Shown here one piece after another: positions 56,259 to 64,000 of a stretch of DNA of 64,000 nucleotides (positions within the stretch are counted from its first letter, which is position 1; each line of letters starts with the position of its first letter). The position numbers were made by a program, and so were the translations under genes. The DNA comes from Amoebidium appalachense (lineage: Eukaryota > Protista > Ichthyosporea). The stretch is taken from positions 5,435,264-5,499,263 of the forward strand of contig CAVNZM010000006.1 of NCBI GenBank assembly GCA_963693365.1, written 5' to 3'. The notes under the pieces were generated by a model. The model worked only from the letters and a program-made list of their open reading frames with translations. It was not told the origin of the DNA and made no database searches.

Positions 56259-56442
56259 TTCCTCCTCCTCCTCCTCCTTGCCAACGAATTGTCAGCGCCT
56301 TTTTCTTTCACTGTGTTGGGCGCTTGCATGTGTACCTTTTCGATTAGTACTACGTGACTTTTAATGGAGTCGCCAAAAGCCCTCGCGCGGAGGACCGGGA
56401 AGAAAAATACAAAACTTGTACACATGTACACAGGTCAGTACG

Positions 56443-56495
<53 letters not shown>

Positions 56496-57109
56496 GCACG
56501 CACACGCAAACCTAAATCTTATCCGTCATAATACTCTTACATGTAAACATGGCTAACAGTTCAATGATTGTGGCTGAGTTGACGTTTTGGAGTAATGGTG
56601 ATTAGAACCTCTAGGGTTGAATTTTCGTACCTGGTATATCTCGCTGGATATCTGGTAAAGCTATCTAAGCAACTATCTCGTTTTGTCTATGATGATTGTA
56701 CTACGTATTCATCATATGCATCAGCCTCAGCCATATCCAATGTCCCGACCCAAGCAAAGTTCATGATAAAAAATTAAACAAATAAAATACACACACACAT
56801 ACACACGAACAAGAAAAGAAAAAAAAAATGATTGTAGGAATATAATTGCTGCCCCAATAGAATTATCTATAAGTTACGTTACTGATGTGAGAACGATAAT
56901 GGGCACATATATAGATGATTGTGAGTGTTTGAAGGGGAGCGACAGAAAGATCCATGGGAGGAGAAGGGGGCTTAATATCAGACTGCATTTTACATATTTT
57001 AAATTGCGGTGTGCAGGTGCACGTGTAAGTCATCGTAAAATTGTTAATCCCCCCCCCCCCCCCCCCCCCTCTTCCCCCTACACAAAAGCGCACACACACA
57101 CAAAACTGT

Positions 57110-57163
<54 letters not shown>

Positions 57164-58127
57164 GCGCGCGCGCGGACGGTTGGTTATGCATTATGTAGGT
57201 GGCTATTTATTCCTCGATGTATAAATCAATTATTATGTGATATCGGCATTTAGTGCTGTGTTGGTGTGCATGGTATAGGTACGGTATACAGGTGTACAGT
57301 GTTTTCGGTGTCATAATTTCGTGTATAACCCAGCCAAGCTAAAAAATGCTCTGCCAAACAGTAGCTACATCAAAAGGAGGTGGCTGTCACTTACACCTCC
57401 TTAACTACTGAAGGTCTAGGAGTGCAATTGACTCATTCTAGTGGATTTGCACATGTCCGTACCCAGGGCGTCATAAAAACTACAAGTGTGCACGTGTGTG
57501 CTGGGAAAACTGTAAGTTTTAAACATAGCCTGAGATGTACACCACGAGTGTCGTGTGGACGTGTGCAGTGGTTTGTAGTGTTTGTAGTGTGTGTGTGTGT
57601 CGAAGTGGTTGCCGGTGTGGTCTAAGGTCAGATATCTATTTGTCTACGCTATGGTACTTGACATTGTGGCAGTTCGGTATTCAGCAAACATCCTATGGGG
57701 TAAACCTCACATTTCCTTGAATTAGCTCCTGGTTAACCATTGGTCCAGGCTATCCTGAATTTATACCATCATATACCAAAAAATCATTGGTTTCCAGATC
57801 ACATACATACGTATCACTAAGTTGAGGCCGGCTTTGTCGAGAGCAAACAGGCCTTGAGTACAATGAAATTAAATTAAATTATGAAACTGAATCCAAAAAT
57901 CCCAAAAGCCTGCAAAACCAAACCAAACATCCAAGGAAAACCGGCGTGTTTGCATGTGTGGTGCCAGTGTGTGTGTATGTGGGTGTCCCATGTGTCGTAC
58001 GTAGGTATGTGTGAATATAGTGTTCGTGTGTGTGGAAGTTGTGTATGCGGGTTGTTTTTGCCCGGAGTGTTAGGGGTGGGAGGAGGGGGGAGGAAGGGAG
58101 ACAGGGGGTTGACTATCTTTGGGTCAA

Positions 58128-58170
<43 letters not shown>

Positions 58171-58500
58171 CTAAATCTTTCGCCTAAGGGGCGGGTTAAA
58201 ATGGGGTGCGTGGGTGTGTGGTGGTTGTGTGTGTTAGTGGGGGGGGGGGGGGGGGGTAGAAGAGTGTTAGTGTGTTAGTATCCGGGGCTATGCATGATCA
58301 TACATGATTACGGTGCGATTGAAAGTATCAAACCAAGTGCATGTGCGCAGGAACCGAACTTTGCGATCTGGCAGCAAAGTGGGGTGCATGGGGCCACCAA
58401 GAACCGTGACAACCACGAAGAGAGCCGTAAAAATAATTGTACCCACATCTAGGGGGGTGAGAGGAAGGGGGGGGGTGGGAGGGGGGATTGCTTGTGTGCG

Positions 58501-58540
<40 letters not shown>

Positions 58541-59352
58541 TGTGTGTGCGCGCGCGTACGCGTGCATTCTCTATCTCTCACGCATGTGTGTGTGTGTGTG
58601 TGAAGAAGGGGGTGAGGGGGAGGGATGGGGTCTCCAACCTGCATGGTGTTGGGTAAGCCAGAGCCACAACAGCGCATATGTGGGGGGACAGAGTCTTAGT
58701 GCGCAGTGACGTAGCATCTTGACATCACACCGTACTAAATGGCAATAGGGGGAGGGGGGGGGGGGGGGGGGGGGGGGGGGAGGGGGGAGGGGGAAGGGGG
58801 GGGGGGGGGGGAGGGGGAGGGGAGGAGAGCCACACACAGAGGGGGAAAAAGGGGGTAGCGAAACACAAACACAGACAGACAGAGACGGAGTGGAACGGAA
58901 TGGAGGTTTGTTGTTTTCCACCCATTTTGTGGGCAAATGAGGGATAAGGAAAGGAAGAGTGGGCATGTGTGTGTGTTTGTGTATGGGGGGAGGGGGAGGG
59001 GAGGAGGGGAGGGGAGTGGGGGAGGGGGGGGAGGGGGGAGGGGGGGATTGGTGAAGGGGGGTTGGAAAGAGGGGAATTAGCAGAAAGGGACCCAAATATT
59101 GGTGAAAGGAAAAGTGACGAGTGGAGGCAGCAGGGGGAAAGGGCAACCTGATCATCTGGAAAGAGGGGCGCCAGGAGGTTTGGGTGAAAGAAGAAAGGGC
59201 GCGAGGCCAGCCCCAAAACTTTCGACGCCAAGAAAGACCTGAGGGGGAGAGATGGATGTGTGGGACGGGGAAGGGTGAGTGCGAGCGTGTGTGTGTGTGT
59301 GCATCGGCGCGCGTGTTTGTGTGCATGTATGTGCTTCTGTGAGCGTGTGTTT

Positions 59353-59390
<38 letters not shown>

Positions 59391-59692
59391 ACGCATGTGA
59401 GTGTGTGTGTTGGTGCTCAAAAGTGTGACTGTATGTGAGTGAATGAGTAAATCGGGTGTCTGGCGGCACACCCCAACAAACAAAAACACACAAACGTACA
59501 CACACACACACCCACTCCCCCCTACCATCCTCGCCCCCCCCCCACCTCACCCACCCACACCGTCGATCCTCCCACACCCACACACCCAAACCCACCTAGA
59601 GGCCCTCCCTCCCCCCCCCCCCCCCCTTCTCACTCCACACACACACACCCGCCAACCCCCCCCCCCCCCTCTCCCCAAAACCCTTTCCCCAG

Positions 59693-59780
<88 letters not shown>

Positions 59781-59954
59781 CTACTCCTCACATACAGCTA
59801 CCCCCACCCACAAACCCACCGTGGCCACCCACCGATCCAAACCCCCTCCTACATCCATCCCCCCCCCCCCCCCCCCCCCCTCCCCCCATCCCCCCCACGT
59901 TTTGCTATTACTATTTCTCTTTTTCTTCCAGAAAAACCACTCTTAAGAACACAC

Positions 59955-60078
59955 CTGTACACGTGGGGCCCTGGTAGGAGTAGCCGGTGGTGCCTGTGCA
60001 GTCAAACCCTGGCTCCTTTTTGGTGCACGTGGCATGCGCCCCACACAACGTGGCTGGCATTGGTGGTGCACGCGGTGT
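59955..60078 (-). pseudogene. Degenerate EGF exon (phase 1-1, +1 frameshift)
   Basis: 124 nt between an AAG acceptor and a GTGTGT donor; reads DTACTTN/PATLCGAHATCTKKEPGFDCTGTTGYSYQGPTCT with the fifth Cys replaced by Gly. Confidence 0.6.
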
Positions 60079-60512
60079 CTTTGGGGGAGGGGGGTGAGGA
60101 GGGGGGAGGGGGGGGAGGGGGGAGGGGTCAACGAACCTACCTACCCACATCAATGCACAAGGAAAAACGGTCATGTATGGGCATGGTGGTACCATATAAT
60201 CGTTTCAGTTTACGATGGAACATAAGCCGAAAGACAAATGGATGGCTAGACATCACACATTGTAAATACACCGACCACAATCACACAGCGGTTTCAGGCA
60301 AACGAACATGCATAAACCGAACTAAGGGCCGCAGGTATCCATTTTGTCTGTATATCGAGAAGGTTTCTTTCGTGTGCTGGTGATTCCCAAACATTCTACC
60401 CCCCCCCCCCCCCCCCCCCCTTCCCCCCCTTTCCCTCCTCCCCCCCCCCCCCCCTCTCCCCCTCCCCCATGCACCAGCCCAAGGCCCTCCCTCAGTCATC
60501 CTCCCCAACCAG

Positions 60513-60574
<62 letters not shown>

Positions 60575-60694
60575 ACACACACACCCACCCCTTTCCCATC
60601 AACATCGCCTCAAGGACTGCTTTGGTAAGAAACAGAAGGCAGCCAGCGGGATTGGGGTAGGAATTCGAGGGGGGAGGGTGGCGGGGTTGCATAT

Positions 60695-60814
60695 CAGTGC
60701 ACCCAGACTCGGTCCGTGTGTTTCGGCGCACACACTTACACGTGAAGCTGCCCTGTGAGCTTGTGCAGACACCATTTGCCCCGCAGATTGCGCCGGTCGT
60801 GCACTCGTCAACAC
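60695..60814 (-). pseudogene. Calcium-binding-type EGF exon (phase 1-1) with a probably mutated donor
   Basis: CAG acceptor, 120 nt, VDECTTGAICGANGVCTSSQGSFTCKCVRRNTRTESGCT (6 Cys); followed by ATATGC where GTATGC is expected. Confidence 0.7.
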
Positions 60815-61278
60815 CTGTTTTGGGGGTGGGCAAGGGGTGGTGGGTGGTGGTGGTGGTGGTTTGAGGGGGGCGGGGGGGGGGAGTGGGGGTGAAAGCGGAT
60901 GGAAGTGGACGGAAAGAGCAACGGCATGATTGGCGGGTGCTGTGGAAGAGGGAAAGAGCTTAGTCAGTAAAAGCGGGTCGATAGTCTTGTGTGGAGGGGA
61001 GGGGGAGGGGGGAGGGGAGGAAGGAGGTGGGATTGATATATGCACGGGGGAGGGGGGGGGGGGGGAGAACAGGGGGGCAGGGGGGGGGGGGGGGGGGGGG
61101 GAGAACGGGGGGAGTGGGGGGGACAAAGTGAAGGTGCATTGGTGTTGTGGTGTTTCTTGTACGAGTCCGAGCATGCACTGCCTGCGGTTGTGGTGCTGTT
61201 CTAAACCACACGGGTGAGAATGTTTTGCAAGTCCATCCATCAACTGCATCCATGTTTTTATGTGTTCCCCTGTCCCCC

Positions 61279-61315
<37 letters not shown>

Positions 61316-61425
61316 CCCCCCCCCCCCCCCCCCCCCCCCCACACACACACACAAAAAAAAAAAAAAACAATCTTGTTTGGACCCTCCGGATGATCTCAAG
61401 GTGGTGTAGTGTTCTGTGTTTCTCT

Positions 61426-61460
<35 letters not shown>

Positions 61461-63036
61461 AGCAAAGCCCATGTATTTAAATGGCCCAAGTGATCACGTG
61501 CTCCGAAGGTTACTCTGTTCTCCCCTCTGTTACTCTGTTCTCCCCTCGCCTACAAATAGAATAGTGCACACGTGCTGTGGTGTGCGGGCGTGTATGTGCC
61601 GTCTACTTAGAAGGCGAATGTACGGCACGTCAGGGTGTGTGCTTTCGTCCTGTATGTGTGTGTGCATGCGGTTGTATGTGGCGTGCTTGTGGACGAAGGG
61701 ATTATGTGGATGTTTCACGGTGCGTGTGTGTGTGTGTGTGTGTGTGTGTAATGCGTGTGTATAAACGTGAAATTTCTGTGTGTGCGCGCGTCTGTTTGCA
61801 CACGGGGAAGATGGAAAGTAGAGAATGTCTATGTGTTGTGCACAATTGCACGTTGTTTAAAAGAAAAAAAACAATAACCAGGCTCAGGCCTAGGGAGGTA
61901 GAATGCCGGGGACATGTTTCTCATGAGCCGAAGCCGAAGTTTCTGTGAAGTCAATGACATACGCCGTGCACGTGTGGTATATGTTCTGTGAGATAAATAA
62001 TGAATTAGTTAGGTGATTTTGTACATGTTCCGTGAAAGTGAAATAGGTAGGTATAGCATACAGCTGCAGGAAGAAAGCCACGGCTAGCTGCGGAAGGCAC
62101 ACGCTGATGCACTAAATAGTTCATCACCAACTCTCAATGGGCGTGTATGCCGTGCGCACCAACCATAAATATGCGTGTATGCCAAGCAAGTGGCCGTCAT
62201 TTTATCAGTTTCTGCGGGCAAGTACACAATTGTATTAACGATACACTCTCCTTCGAAAATGGAAGAGATTTAAAAGATTTATTTCGTGCCAGTTACAGTA
62301 TGTGCACGTGTATAACAGAGGCCCCCCGACATAATTCTCAAACCAGTTCTCTTCACAACGCTCATGTAAGCCTTACGCTTGGTGCCCAACAGTGAGCTGA
62401 TGCTACTTCACACAAAGCCTATCCAACTACACACCATTTCTGCCGTCCTGTCTCCTTCAAGAAGATTGCCTCGAGCAGTGAAACCTAGCCAAACACTTTT
62501 TGGATAATAAAGGGAAAATATGAAAAGGATAACGCTGTTCGCCGCCTCCAGCCGTTGACGCCCACTGCCTTCGTCACCTCCACCGGTGGCCGCGGGGGTG
62601 GTTTCCGAGGAAGGAGGGGGCCAGTTTGGAAGCTGACTGACTAATAAAAACTATTAGCAGCCAACAGGGTCCTCTGTAGGAGGTGTCGGCCGTAACCCCC
62701 TCCTGACCACCCCTGTCTTAATGGTGATGCCGGCAAACACACATTGGCTGTGCGCTGGCTTTATATGGGAAGTCATTGCGAGAGCTTGATTGTGGGACAC
62801 ATTCAGAGGGTACAAAGCGCAAGCCTGTGGCAACCAACTGTCATGATAACAGCCCAATCAAGTGCTTGTAATAAATCTTTCCAGATAGTACCATACTTGT
62901 CCAAAACTGAGCTGGATCACAACTATAGGTACTGTGCCATATAGAGGACAACGGGTGTCACGGTTGTGCACATAGTATTTTGTGGTGGCACCGTGTGTAC
63001 ATGTGGGTATGTGTGAGTGTGAGTGCGTGTGTGTGC

Positions 63037-63077
<41 letters not shown>

Positions 63078-64000
63078 GCGTGATTGGGGGGGGGGGGGGG
63101 AGGGGGGAAGGGGAGGAGGAGGGGGAGGAGGAGGGGGGGGGGGGGTTGAAAACGAACCTTGCTTGACCCAGACACGAGAGGGGGGGGAGGTGGGGGGGGG
63201 GGGGGGGGGGGAGGGAGAGGGGGAGGGGGGTTAACATGTGTTACATGCATGTACAGAGTATGCAGTACACATTCACGACGGACAAAACAATTCATATTAC
63301 GGGATCGAAGATACAGTATACGTATACATGCATGTTGACGTTTTTTTTATTTTCTTGAATTGAAATACGTGTCGTGTCGTATATGTGGTACGATAGCTCC
63401 ATTTTGACAATACTTGGATATGTTAACATCAAGTGTGAGTTAATGTGCACGTCTCAGCGAACAACATTTCAGAAAACAAATTCCTGTGATACCTTCTCTG
63501 AACACTATCCTACTAAAGTAATGCACAAGCTTACAGTACACATGCCATGAAGCTCTCTCACTCAAGCATTATATATGTATACTCCCACCCCCCATACCAC
63601 GGGCTTATACCAGGCATTAAAAGTTTACCGGCCTCTGTTACAGTAAAAGTTTACCCCCTGCATACAAGTTAAATATGCATGCCACCTACAGTGCCATCAC
63701 ATATATGTACACAAGGCCTAGGGGGTTTGCCTGCCAGGCCGACCCGGAGATATAATAAAAAAATTTCCGTCTGAAACATTTAATAGTGACCGATCAAAGC
63801 TACAATTTTCCGATTAAATTCTACATAAAAATGCCCCCCCCCCCCCCCCCCAAAAAAAAAAAAAAAAAAAAAAAAAAAACCGACACAAGGAAGCGTCCAT
63901 GAATCCTACCTAAGACATATCAACACATAGAGTCACTGCAGGCAAACACGGAGGGAAGAAAAGGGCCCAAAAAAAAAACAAAAAAAAAAAAAAAAAAAAA

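Overview
Eukaryotic, intron-rich DNA whose introns are saturated with (CA)n/(GT)n, (TC)n/(GA)n, (CACG)n and long C/G homopolymers. The gene content suggests a unicellular opisthokont, possibly a holozoan (inference). Almost all ORFs in the supplied track are repeat translations. By hand I reconstructed: (1) a ~27.6 kb, ~30-exon PHIP/BRWD-family gene (+, 1952-29551) with a Q/P-rich AT-hook N-terminus, LisH-like helix, WD40 propeller, Tudor-like region and apparently four bromodomain-like repeats, two canonical and two degenerate; (2) a 5'-truncated non-LTR retrotransposon with an uninterrupted frame (-, ~31.3-34.0 kb); (3) a two-exon transgelin/myophilin-type calponin gene (+, 35119-35950) with a perfect CArG box, CCAAT and TATA upstream; (4) a CAR/Git3-like 7TM receptor with a very long third intracellular loop (-, 38341-40844); (5) a decaying right half with an intronless F-box/LRR pseudogene, phase 1-1 EGF pseudo-exons, TE remnants and dispersed repeats. 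The most interesting signals are (CA)n tracts replacing the polypyrimidine tract at many 3' splice sites, with G/GT-rich 5' and C/CA-rich 3' intron halves; the SM22-type CArG box; and the four-bromodomain BRWD architecture. Several exon frameshifts fall in homopolymers and are probably sequencing errors.
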